Assembly (NCBI GenBank): GCA_964361595.1
Contig: CAYIAX010000003.1
Location: 6,071 to 70,070, forward strand
DNA length: 64,000 nt
From: an uncultured Candidatus Saccharibacteria bacterium
Lineage (GTDB): Bacteria; Patescibacteriota; Minisyncoccia; UBA6257; 2-01-FULL-56-20
Reading direction: 5' to 3'
Below the pieces are notes generated by a model. The model saw nothing but the letters and a program-made list of their open reading frames with translations. It did no database searches and was not told where the DNA came from. Of the stretch, positions 47,523 to 56,204 are shown piece by piece. Positions within the stretch are counted from its first letter, which is position 1; each line of letters starts with the position of its first letter. A program made the translations under genes and the position numbers.

Positions 47523-47617
47523 GACATTCTCACATTCTGCAGAATGTGAGAATGTCATAAATGCGCCACCCGGGTGTCCCATTCGTAGCCTTGCGCGAAG
47601 TATGGGTGGCGCATTTA
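47523..47617. repeat. Family A palindrome (47523-47556) plus TAAATGCGCCACCC...GGGTGGCGCATTTA hairpin with internal insert
   Basis: GACATTCTCACATTCTG|CAGAATGTGAGAATGTC. Confidence 0.9.
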
Positions 47618-47673
47618 GTTGATGTTTGAACCCAGCAAGTGGGAGATTTACTTCGTGTTTTGCGAACCGCGCA

Positions 47674-47715
47674 AAACAACATTCTAACATTCTATAGAAT
47701 GTTAGAATGTTGTTT
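47674..47715. repeat. Perfect 42-bp family A palindrome
   Basis: AAACAACATTCTAACATTCTA|TAGAATGTTAGAATGTTGTTT. Confidence 0.95.
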
Positions 47716-47725
47716 GATCTGAATT

Positions 47726-48280
47726 TTAATTTATCTGCGCGCTTGCGGCTGTCGTCGCTTGGCGGCGCGCGAGGAGCATCGTTACAAACAAAAGCGCGAA
47801 AGCCGTAAATGCCATCATTGGGATCGTGATGTAGCCGAAGAGCAAGACGAATCTTTGCGAACAGGCCGCCGAGTAGCCCACGGCCGCGCAGGGCAGGGCG
47901 GGAGCGACGCCCAGCTGAAGCAAATAATGATAGCCGGCAATTACACCGCCCACGCCGGACATGACCAGGCTGTAGCCGATGATATTTTTATCTTTCTTCG
48001 CGAGCGCGAGGCCCAAAAGCAGCGCCTGCGGGTACATGAAGATGCGCTGGAACCAGCAAAGCTTGCAAGGCTCATAGCCCGCGATTTCGGAATAGAAAAG
48101 ACTGCCCAAAGTTGCGAGAAGGGCGACGAGGAAGGCGAACAGCACGGCCTTGTTTAAAAAATAATCCAGCTTCGGCGAACGGTTTTTTGTGAGGAGAATA
48201 AAAATTGCAATTAAGGTGAGCGCTCCGCCCAAAATCGTAAGCGGCCCCAAAATATTATTAACTAAAGGAACGAGTGACAT
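47726..48280 (-). CDS. Disulfide bond formation protein (DsbB/BdbC family)
   Basis: 'GSLFYSE....PCKLCWFQRIFMYP', second Cys pair, 'ITIP.MA'. Confidence 0.92.
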   Translation of the reverse strand: MSLVPLVNNILGPLTILGGALTLIAIFILLTKNRSPKLDYFLNKAVLFAFLVALLATLGSLFYSEIAGYEPCKLCWFQRIFMYPQALLLGLALAKKDKNIIGYSLVMSGVGGVIAGYHYLLQLGVAPALPCAAVGYSAACSQRFVLLFGYITIPMMAFTAFALLFVTMLLARRQATTAASAQIN

Positions 48281-48281
48281 A

Positions 48282-48662
48282 TTATTGCGTCGCCGGAAGT
48301 TCGCAGCCGGTTTTCTCGGCCAGGGTTTCAAGTGCGACTTCACCGCTCAAGCGGCTCCCGTCCTTAAATTCCCAGGTGGGATAGCCCTCGATACCTTTTT
48401 TTGTGCAGAAGGGAAGCTGGGCTTGGCCGTTCGGCGTGGAGCATTCCACATAATTCAATAACTTTTGCGAGCGGCCGAACATGGCTTTCTGGTTTTGGCA
48501 GTGCGGACACCAAAAGGCGCCATAGAAAATTGCGCCGCGATCCTTAAGACAAGTGGCAAAGGCGTCGAGCTTATCAGGCTTATTCGCCTCACTGCGCCAG
48601 ACGAAGAATAAAGCGACGACTGCGATAGTAACTACTCCGTAAATAGCCCACTTTTTAGACAT
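48282..48662 (-). CDS. Membrane-anchored thioredoxin-like oxidoreductase
   Basis: 'YGAFWCPHC..QK..FG', 'YVEC', 'GYPTW'. Confidence 0.9.
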   Translation of the reverse strand: MSKKWAIYGVVTIAVVALFFVWRSEANKPDKLDAFATCLKDRGAIFYGAFWCPHCQNQKAMFGRSQKLLNYVECSTPNGQAQLPFCTKKGIEGYPTWEFKDGSRLSGEVALETLAEKTGCELPATQ

Positions 48663-48755
48663 AGGTAATATTATAGAACACTCTGGCTGAAATTAAAAAG
48701 GATTGGCGTGGATAGGGGACAAAACGTTTAAATAAGTGTCCAAAAGCTAAATCAA

Positions 48756-48799
48756 AGTTACTAAAATTATACTACAATTGTAGTATAATTTTAGTAACT
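48756..48799. repeat. Perfect 44-bp palindrome, family D
   Basis: AGTTACTAAAATTATACTACAA|TTGTAGTATAATTTTAGTAACT. Confidence 0.95.
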
Positions 48800-48818
48800 C
48801 TTTTCCTGATTAGTCATG

Positions 48819-48856
48819 ACAACATTCCAACATTCTGCAGAATGTTGGAATGTTGT
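48819..48856. repeat. Perfect 38-bp family A palindrome with compensatory change
   Basis: ACAACATTCCAACATTCTG|CAGAATGTTGGAATGTTGT. Confidence 0.95.
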
Positions 48857-48879
48857 TTTGCGACAGGTGCAGGCGAGCG

Positions 48880-48916
48880 ACGACATTCTAATATTCTATA
48901 GAATGTGAGAATGTTG
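48880..48916. repeat. Degenerate family A palindrome
   Basis: ACATTCT-A-ATATTCT-AT-AGAATGT-G-AGAATGT. Confidence 0.85.
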
Positions 48917-49050
48917 TTTATATGAAAAAGCCGCTTGTGGCGGAGCGCGCAGTTAAGATGGATTAGTCAATTAAAATGGAGTTGAAATTTTGGCCGAAAT
49001 GAGCAATAATGCAGGCGTAATGCGGGTAGCAATTATTTGTTTGAAAATTT

Positions 49051-49800
49051 GTGGAAAGTAAAGTTGTTCAACTTGAAGAATTAGAGCGCCTAAACAGGGG
49101 CTTGGACACCGTATTGGGCACCCGCCTAGAAGCAGGGGTATCTTATAGTGACTCAAAGCAGTTATTCACAATCTTTGTTATTGCGAAGGCCTCTAAAACA
49201 CATGAGGCGATTACCTTCCTTTGTAAAAATGGATTTGGGGAGGATGCTTTTATGCTTAGCAGAACGCTTTTCGAGCTATTGGTAATTTTTTTGTATATAT
49301 TAGCGGATAAGAAAGACGACAGACTAACTAGGTATATGGAATACGACCATGTAACTAGAAAAAAACTTTACGATCATATTGCTACTCGACCCGAACTGCT
49401 TAATGATAAAAGAGCTACGCCTGAAATTTTTCAACAAATACGCAGTGCTTGCGAAAGCGTTAAAGATAATTATGAAAAGCCCTTTACGTGGTCTGATAAA
49501 AGCATTGGAGAGATGTCCAAGGAGGTTGGCAGGTGGGAAACCTACAAAACCGTATATAAACTGCAGTGTATACTTTCGCACTCCGAATCTCGCAGCATGA
49601 ACGAGTATTTTAAAGAGGAAAACGGATCGCTCATTGTTGATATAGGTGCTAAAACCAATTTAATAGAGCAATCTTTAGCAATGAATTTTGACTTCTTTTT
49701 CTCCATCGTTGAGAAGGCCAACGAAGTGTTTTCTTTTGGATTGGAAGAACCGCTTAAAAAAGTGAGCGAAAGGTATGCAGATTTTATTAGTAAGAGATGA
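49051..49800 (+). CDS. DUF5677-like (HEPN-related) helical protein
   Basis: 'L...G...DA..L.RTLFE....LYI', 'W....I.EM...VG....Y...YK......HS'; AT-rich. Confidence 0.6.
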   Translation: MESKVVQLEELERLNRGLDTVLGTRLEAGVSYSDSKQLFTIFVIAKASKTHEAITFLCKNGFGEDAFMLSRTLFELLVIFLYILADKKDDRLTRYMEYDHVTRKKLYDHIATRPELLNDKRATPEIFQQIRSACESVKDNYEKPFTWSDKSIGEMSKEVGRWETYKTVYKLQCILSHSESRSMNEYFKEENGSLIVDIGAKTNLIEQSLAMNFDFFFSIVEKANEVFSFGLEEPLKKVSERYADFISKR

Positions 49801-49804
49801 GAAT

Positions 49805-51307
49805 ATGAGCCAAACAACTGCCAATTCTATAACTTTCAGGTATAGCGAGGAAGACAAGCGGCTATTTAAAGATGATCAAAAACAACGCTGGAAAAGCATA
49901 GAACATTTTTATCAAAAACTTAGAGAACGTTGTCTTGAAGAAGTGGATATTCCAATTTCTGCTTCGCATAAAGCATGGATATCGGCAAGAGTTAATCTTC
50001 ATATAACAACTTCGCTAATGAGACTTTTGTATCTCACAGAATCCTTACGCGATGCGTCAATTAATTTTAACTCGGTGGCGGCCGCGATACATATAAAAGC
50101 GATGGTAGAAATACCCCTACATTTGGGATATTTGGTATGGATTCTGGATGGACACGGTGATTTTCAGAGCATAAGGCGAGAATTATCGAAAATTGCATTT
50201 GGTAATCGAGACAAGCAAACAGGTTTAACCGCTAGCAACAAAATATCGCAAAGAACCTTTTATACGCGTTCGGACGCGATGATCAAAAAGTTTTTTAAAG
50301 ACGAGCCGAGCAATATAAACATTTTTGAAACATTGTATAAAGAAGCTAATGCAACAGGCCACCATAACTACGAGGCACGCAACCTTCTTTGTGGAGTCCA
50401 AAATAACGATGTCTGGTGTGTAAAAGATAGAAAAGAATGGTTTGTGTTTATCAGTAATAACATTTTTCAATTTTTTATGCATTGCGAAGCGATACTGGGG
50501 ATGTCCCAAGTATTTCTAGAAACAATCGATCATTACGTTAGTCAACTTCCTGAAAACTTTTCTAAAGAAAGCAATATTGCAATTGGAAAGCAGAAGTTTT
50601 TGGAGATAAAGGGATTTTTCAAGCGGTTAAGCGATGAAATGTGTAATGTTGTTCAAGCTTATTACCTATGGAGCGCACTTGCTTTTGCACGATCAATACC
50701 CGAAGCGGGAAAAGAGCACGCGGAGGAAAACGTTATGATTATGAACAGGCACAAGCATTTCTTTATTCAAACAGAAGATAGTCATCTGCGAGCTTTTATA
50801 ATTGGCATCTCGAAGTTTTTTGATCGAGACCAAAGATCGTTAAGTATCAAACGACTAATAGAGAAAATCGAAGAAAGCAAGGATTTCATAACACCAGAAG
50901 TTGTGCTAGAAGTTTACCCCGATCGATTCAATGGAGATGAGGTGATTCATTACACTCCGTTAGAAGATGGAGATATTCAGTATATAGAAAGTCTGAGGGC
51001 CGACCACGAAGTCGTAATACAGAAACTGAAAGAAATTAGAGACAAGCGACTTGCCCATACAAGTATAGAAATTATTAAAGGCACCTTCGTTCCAAACGAA
51101 GTAGAAAAATTGATTATCGCCATACAAGAAATGTTTAATAAGCTGTCGAGCAGGTTTGATCAATCAACTACCCGTTGGGATCACTTAAAGGAAGGGGCCG
51201 TTATGGATACCGAATTGCTTCTAAGAAGTCTTAAAATGGGCGAGATGCAGAGGATTGCAAAAATAGAAAAAGAATACAAGCAAAAAACGAACGAGAGTTC
51301 TAGTTAA
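49805..51307 (+). CDS. Two-domain protein: helical N-domain plus C-terminal AbiU2-like HEPN domain
   Basis: 'EIRDKRLAH' R-X5-H HEPN-type motif; start at ATG 49805 or 49775. Confidence 0.6.
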   Translation: MSQTTANSITFRYSEEDKRLFKDDQKQRWKSIEHFYQKLRERCLEEVDIPISASHKAWISARVNLHITTSLMRLLYLTESLRDASINFNSVAAAIHIKAMVEIPLHLGYLVWILDGHGDFQSIRRELSKIAFGNRDKQTGLTASNKISQRTFYTRSDAMIKKFFKDEPSNINIFETLYKEANATGHHNYEARNLLCGVQNNDVWCVKDRKEWFVFISNNIFQFFMHCEAILGMSQVFLETIDHYVSQLPENFSKESNIAIGKQKFLEIKGFFKRLSDEMCNVVQAYYLWSALAFARSIPEAGKEHAEENVMIMNRHKHFFIQTEDSHLRAFIIGISKFFDRDQRSLSIKRLIEKIEESKDFITPEVVLEVYPDRFNGDEVIHYTPLEDGDIQYIESLRADHEVVIQKLKEIRDKRLAHTSIEIIKGTFVPNEVEKLIIAIQEMFNKLSSRFDQSTTRWDHLKEGAVMDTELLLRSLKMGEMQRIAKIEKEYKQKTNESSS

Positions 51308-51357
51308 GCGCATTCGGTTCTAATGTTTATTACTGCGGGACTTGGGAATCGACGTCG

Positions 51358-51600
51358 CTACTTCTTTAGTAAAGCTAACTTTTTCTCTCGACGCCAACCT
51401 TTGATTTTCGCTTCCCGTCTTCTTGCTTCAAGCAGGGTTTTAAAATTCTCCGAGTGAACGAGTATAACGGGTCGCCTAATTTTCGTGTAATGTGCGCCCC
51501 GCCTTGAATCATTGTGCTGTTTAAGCCTTCTTTCAAGATTATTGGTGCATCCAACGTAAAGAGATTGGTCGGCGCATTTTAAGATATAGACGAAGTGCAT
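51358..51600 (-). CDS. Small GIY-YIG nuclease (UPF0213/YhbQ-like)
   Basis: 'FVYIL.C.D.SLYVG.TNNLERR..QHN...GA.YT..RRP', 'A.RRE..IK.W.R.KK'. Confidence 0.92.
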   Translation of the reverse strand: MHFVYILKCADQSLYVGCTNNLERRLKQHNDSRRGAHYTKIRRPVILVHSENFKTLLEARRREAKIKGWRREKKLALLKK

Positions 51601-51712
51601 ACTACCTATAACGTTTCGCTTCCTTGCTCGAATCCTTACATTACTTTCCCTCGTTTCGCTCGGGATAATTGAAAATCTACTCCTCGAAACCTCGGAATGA
51701 TTTTCTAATTAG

Positions 51713-51783
51713 CTGGGGGACTAGGATTCGAACCTAGATTGCATGATTCAGAGTCATGATGCCTACCATTAGCAGATCCCCCA
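51713..51783 (-). tRNA. tRNA-Gln(CTG)
   Basis: TGGGGGA/TCCCCCA, CATGA-CT-CTG-AA-TCATG, GGTTCGAATCC. Confidence 0.93.
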
Positions 51784-51790
51784 AAGTTGA

Positions 51791-52492
51791 TTATTTGTAC
51801 ATCCTAAATGTAATCATTTCCCGGAATTTTTCAACCTCTGCCCTTTTTCTTAATCGAATGTAGACTTTTCCAATTTCCGGATGAAACCCCAGATTTTTTA
51901 AACCGTGTTCAACTGCATTCAGTAAACTCTTGTTTTTGTTGCAAAACTGGAAGTTATAAGTGCAAGTCGGCAGGTGAATCGAAAGCGAACCTTCGGCCTC
52001 GAATAAACCTTTTAAAAAGCGGATAACATTTGCTCGATTTTCAGAGATCCATTTTGGCACCCGGTAATTAATAGCTTTTCTGTTCCCGGCCGGGATGCCC
52101 AATCTGGCAGAGATCTTCTTTTCATAAAGGCTGATTCGAATATTGTTTTTGTCTTTTACTTTGCTTACCGCGGGATTTTTACCAAATAATTTTTTGGTCA
52201 ATTTTGCATACCGCTCAACGAACCCGCTGTTATTCGAATTACAGGAGATGATAATTCTTTCGCATCGGGGGAAACTGCTGATGTTCCCATCGCCCAGAAC
52301 TACTCCCACATATTCGGCCAGGTCGCCACCGTGGGTAAAGTTTGGATAACTTGTCTTTATCAACCCAATTTTTTTCATCCCTTCCGTCCACCTGGAAAAG
52401 TTATTCAACCCGCGTGCTTTCATGGTGCGAGATATCTTGAGCGCGCGTGAGTCAGATTCTACATTCAAATCCACCTTTACATTATAGCTCAA
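51791..52492 (-). CDS. Free-standing two-motif LAGLIDADG endonuclease-like protein
   Basis: 'LAEYVGVVLGDGNI' and 'FLKGLFEAEGSL'; start uncertain; stop 7 bp before tRNA-Gln. Confidence 0.8.
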   Translation of the reverse strand: MSYNVKVDLNVESDSRALKISRTMKARGLNNFSRWTEGMKKIGLIKTSYPNFTHGGDLAEYVGVVLGDGNISSFPRCERIIISCNSNNSGFVERYAKLTKKLFGKNPAVSKVKDKNNIRISLYEKKISARLGIPAGNRKAINYRVPKWISENRANVIRFLKGLFEAEGSLSIHLPTCTYNFQFCNKNKSLLNAVEHGLKNLGFHPEIGKVYIRLRKRAEVEKFREMITFRMYK

Positions 52493-52587
52493 ATCTCAAA
52501 AATTTACTACCACTAGATTGAAATTAGATTTAAAGTAAAAATCTTGTATAATCATAGTAATCAAAGCTTTCACCAACGAAACAGCGC

Positions 52588-53247
52588 ATGTCAAAGTTAA
52601 TAGAAGATAATCTTATAGGAGCCATTCGCAGTGCTGGAGATGTACTTCTAAAGTGCACGATGATTGCTACCGCAGTAGAATTTTGCGGAAGTTTTTTAAC
52701 TAAGGAAACAAATAAAGGTACTACAGAAAGTAATTTTTTGGAATTTTGGAAAAGTAGATATATACCAAGTAAATATCATGAAATAGGTGAGCTTATGTAC
52801 GAAGTTTTCAGAAATGGGGTTTCGCACAGTTTTATTGCTAAGGGAGGGGTCATTCCAAGCGGCGAAGAGAAAAGCGCCAAAAAGCATTTAGAATTTTTTG
52901 AACAGGGAATTTTTATCTATGTGCCAGAGTTAGAAAAAGACGTTATAGCGGGAATCTCAAGGTTCTTAGAAGATTTAAAAAACAAAAGTGAGTTGCAGGA
53001 AAATTATCGTTTTGTACTTTCCGAACTAAATAGAGTTGGCAAAGAAAGATATGATGAATTTGTAAAAAAATACAAAATCCAAGTAAGCCAGGAAACAATT
53101 GCCGGAGATATTTTCCCAGATATTCAATTTGTTTTAGCTGGTGGGTCTTTGGATTTGATACCGCACCATACAGGCTCAACAATCTCAAAACACATTAAGG
53201 TTGAGATTAAGGTTAAACCAGCTAATGAAGAAAATTTTAAAGCCTAA
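52588..53247 (+). CDS. HEPN-like protein
   Basis: 'YEVFRNGVSHSF' R-X4-H motif in a helical AT-rich protein. Confidence 0.6.
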   Translation: MSKLIEDNLIGAIRSAGDVLLKCTMIATAVEFCGSFLTKETNKGTTESNFLEFWKSRYIPSKYHEIGELMYEVFRNGVSHSFIAKGGVIPSGEEKSAKKHLEFFEQGIFIYVPELEKDVIAGISRFLEDLKNKSELQENYRFVLSELNRVGKERYDEFVKKYKIQVSQETIAGDIFPDIQFVLAGGSLDLIPHHTGSTISKHIKVEIKVKPANEENFKA

Positions 53248-53250
53248 ATT

Positions 53251-54732
53251 ATGGGGATTGTTTTTTGGATCATAATAGGAGCAGTTGGTTGGTCGTTTAT
53301 TTCTAAACGTATTCGTATAAACTCAAACCCAAATGAGGCGACGCCGAAGTATAATCAAGTCATGGGAAACCAAGTGATTGGAAAAAGACGCGAAAGCCGT
53401 CGATTTCTTGCCATAGAAAAGCCCAGGGTTGTATTTTCTGCAGAAAGCAAGAAGGTTCTTAACTTACTTGAAAACACAAGTACAAACGTTTTTATTACTG
53501 GGCGAGCAGGTACGGGCAAGTCGACATTACTGAAGTATTTTCGCGCAACAACAAAAAAGAATATTGCAATTCTTGCTCCAACCGGAGTTGCTGCGGTCAA
53601 TATCCAAGGGCAGACAATCCACTCTTTTTTCAAATTCGGGCCAGATGTTACCGAAGATAAAGTGAGAGCAGTTTATAAAAATCCAGAGGTTTATAAAAAA
53701 TTGGATACAATCATCATCGATGAAATCTCTATGGTTCGTGCTGATTTATTCGATTGCATCGAAAAGTCTCTGCGTGTAAATGGGCCAAGCCCACAAGTGC
53801 CATTTGGCGGAGTTCAAATTATAGTAATTGGAGACTTGTACCAACTTCCACCCGTAGTAACAAATGAAGAAAAGCAAATCTTTGAAACATATTATCATAG
53901 TCCTTATTTTTTCGATTCAAACTCTTATCAAAAAGTTAAGTTTAAGGTTTTAGAGCTTACTCATGTATATCGGCAGTCTGATAAAGATTTTATTGAAGTT
54001 CTTGATGCAATCCGCGTATGTTCGGTAACAGATGACCATCTTAATAAAATAAATCAACAGTTTAGTAGAAATAAGCACAACGAAAATGATTTTAAAATTA
54101 CACTTGTTCCTACTAATGCTATGGCTAATGCAATCAACGCCGTAAAATTAAGCCAGCTTCCCGGAGAGACAAAAAAATATGTTGGTACGATAACGGGGGG
54201 ATTTAATGAAAAAAATTTGCCCACTGCACAGGAACTCTTCCTCAAGGTGGGCTCACAAATTATGCTTCTTAATAACGATCCTCTTTCGCGTTGGATTAAT
54301 GGCGATCTGGCTAAAGTCTTAAAGTTAAATGATGGGAATATTAGAGTGCTTTTTGAAGATGGCACTTATGACGATATTGGGTTTTATAAATGGGATATGA
54401 TACGTTTTATTTACGATGAAGATGATAAAAAGATTAAATCCGAAGTTGTTGGTTCATTTACGCAGCTTCCAGTGCGACTAGCTTGGGCGGTTACTATTCA
54501 CAAAGGACAGGGTAAAACATTCGAAAAAGTTTTCATTGATTTTGGAAGTGGCACATTCGCTCCGGGTCAAGCATATGTTGCCTTAAGTAGGTGTAAATCT
54601 CTTAGCGGGTTATCTCTAAAGAGCCCACTTGAGCATAGGCATATTTTTATTGAACCCAGAATTGGAGAATTCTTAAATGAAGCTATAACGCCAAAAAAGA
54701 GGCGTGCTGAATCAAGCCCGCGACCGCAATGA
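53251..54732 (+). CDS. PIF1-family (SF1B) DNA helicase with N-terminal TM helix
   Basis: 'FITGRAGTGKST', 'APTGVAA', 'IIDEISM', 'GDLYQLPPV', 'QLP.RLAWAVTIHKGQG.T', 'YVALSR'. Confidence 0.92.
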   Translation: MGIVFWIIIGAVGWSFISKRIRINSNPNEATPKYNQVMGNQVIGKRRESRRFLAIEKPRVVFSAESKKVLNLLENTSTNVFITGRAGTGKSTLLKYFRATTKKNIAILAPTGVAAVNIQGQTIHSFFKFGPDVTEDKVRAVYKNPEVYKKLDTIIIDEISMVRADLFDCIEKSLRVNGPSPQVPFGGVQIIVIGDLYQLPPVVTNEEKQIFETYYHSPYFFDSNSYQKVKFKVLELTHVYRQSDKDFIEVLDAIRVCSVTDDHLNKINQQFSRNKHNENDFKITLVPTNAMANAINAVKLSQLPGETKKYVGTITGGFNEKNLPTAQELFLKVGSQIMLLNNDPLSRWINGDLAKVLKLNDGNIRVLFEDGTYDDIGFYKWDMIRFIYDEDDKKIKSEVVGSFTQLPVRLAWAVTIHKGQGKTFEKVFIDFGSGTFAPGQAYVALSRCKSLSGLSLKSPLEHRHIFIEPRIGEFLNEAITPKKRRAESSPRPQ

Positions 54733-54830
54733 TCAAATCCCTTATCTTCGACATCGGCGGCGTGATTACTTTGCATCCGAATAGCGCACTACAAATGCGC
54801 CCATCCGAATTAACTGTTTTAATAGCTTAG
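54729..54830 (+). pseudogene. 5' fragment of a HAD-family hydrolase gene
   Basis: MIKSLIFDIGGV (HAD motif I-like), then early stop next to a palindrome. Confidence 0.55.
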
Positions 54831-54832
54831 CG

Positions 54833-54870
54833 GAATCATACGGAAAATCGTACGATTTTCCGTATGATTC
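54833..54870. repeat. Perfect 38-bp palindrome, family C-like
   Basis: GAATCATACGGAAAATCGT|ACGATTTTCCGTATGATTC. Confidence 0.95.
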
Positions 54871-54968
54871 TTTTGTTACTATAAACACGTGTCAAATCCG
54901 CCCTCGCCTGTTTGGGTGTGGATATAACGGCCTAAAAAGCTACGTGCGCTATGCTACACTATATATAA

Positions 54969-56204
54969 ATGCGCGAACCGAAGGCCGTTAAGGCCGACAT
55001 TGAAAAACAGCTTGCCAATCCGCCGCATAAGGTTTCAATCGTAAACCTGGTGGATCTTTTTGTTGAGTATTCCTACGTCTTGCGGGCCTCGGATATCCAT
55101 ATCGAGCCGGAGGCGGAGGATTTGCGCGTCCGTTTCCGCGTGGACGGCATGCTCACGGACATTTTCGATAAGAAAAACCTAGATAAGGATTTGCACCAGG
55201 AAATCATCACGCGGATCAAGGTCTTGTCCGGCTTGCGGACGGACGAGCACCTCCTACCGCAGGACGGCCGCTTCAAAGTGAAGCTCGAAGGCTTTGGCGA
55301 GGTGGACGTGCGCGTTTCCATCATGCCGACTTATCACGGCGAGAATGCCATTCTCCGGATTTTGGCCGAGACGCAGTCCTTCAAGCTTGAAGACCTGGGT
55401 TTCGACACGGGCGAGCTCGACAAGGTGAAACGGGCAATGCGCAAATCTTACGGCATGATTTTGGCGAACGGCCCCACGGGTTCGGGCAAGTCCACGACGC
55501 TCTACACGATCTTGAAGCAGTTGAACCAGCCAGACGTTTCGATCATCACGATCGAGGATCCGCTCGAGTATTCGATGGGAGGCACGACGCAGATTCAGGT
55601 GAATAACCAGGTGGGCCTCACTTTTGCGAATGGCTTGCGTTCGATTCTGCGGCAAGATCCCAACATTATCATGGTGGGCGAAATCCGCGACCAGGAAACG
55701 GCGGCAATCGCCGTGAATGCCGCTTTGACTGGTCACTTGGTTTTGTCCACACTTCACACGAACGATTCGGCTACGACTTTTCCGCGCCTCATTGATATGG
55801 GCGTGCCGCCTTTCCTTGTGGCTTCAACTATTAACGTAGCGATGGGCCAGCGGCTTGTGCGCATGGTTTGCCAGAAATGCAAAAAGGATCGTGTCTTGAA
55901 CCCGATGGAGGTAAAAAGCTTGAGCGAAATCATTCCGGATCTGAATCCCAAATTATCTCATTTTTACATGGGCGCGGGCTGCGCCGAGTGCAACGGCTCC
56001 GGCTATGCGGGCCGTATCGGCATCCGCGAAGTCTTGGAGGTGAACGAGGACGTGCGCCAGCTGATCATGGGCCGCGCGAACGCGAAACAGATCAAGGACG
56101 CGGCAATTAAGAACGGCATGACGACGATGGTGAAGGACGGCGTGCAGAAAGCGTTGAAGGGATTAACTTCGCTCGAAGAAGTTTTGCGCATTATCCATGA
56201 GTAA
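54969..56204 (+). CDS. pilB: Type IV pilus/T2SS assembly ATPase (PilB/GspE), N-terminally short
   Basis: 'ASDIHIEP', 'GPTGSGKSTT', 'LRQDPNIIMVGEIRD', 'GHLVLSTLH', CxxC...CxxC. Confidence 0.92.
   Translation: MREPKAVKADIEKQLANPPHKVSIVNLVDLFVEYSYVLRASDIHIEPEAEDLRVRFRVDGMLTDIFDKKNLDKDLHQEIITRIKVLSGLRTDEHLLPQDGRFKVKLEGFGEVDVRVSIMPTYHGENAILRILAETQSFKLEDLGFDTGELDKVKRAMRKSYGMILANGPTGSGKSTTLYTILKQLNQPDVSIITIEDPLEYSMGGTTQIQVNNQVGLTFANGLRSILRQDPNIIMVGEIRDQETAAIAVNAALTGHLVLSTLHTNDSATTFPRLIDMGVPPFLVASTINVAMGQRLVRMVCQKCKKDRVLNPMEVKSLSEIIPDLNPKLSHFYMGAGCAECNGSGYAGRIGIREVLEVNEDVRQLIMGRANAKQIKDAAIKNGMTTMVKDGVQKALKGLTSLEEVLRIIHE

Noticed and set aside
47523-48916. CRISPR array made of the 36-bp ACATTCT repeats
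   Set aside because: Spacing is irregular (tens of bp to kb), copies differ by compensatory changes and are fully palindromic, and no cas genes are present.
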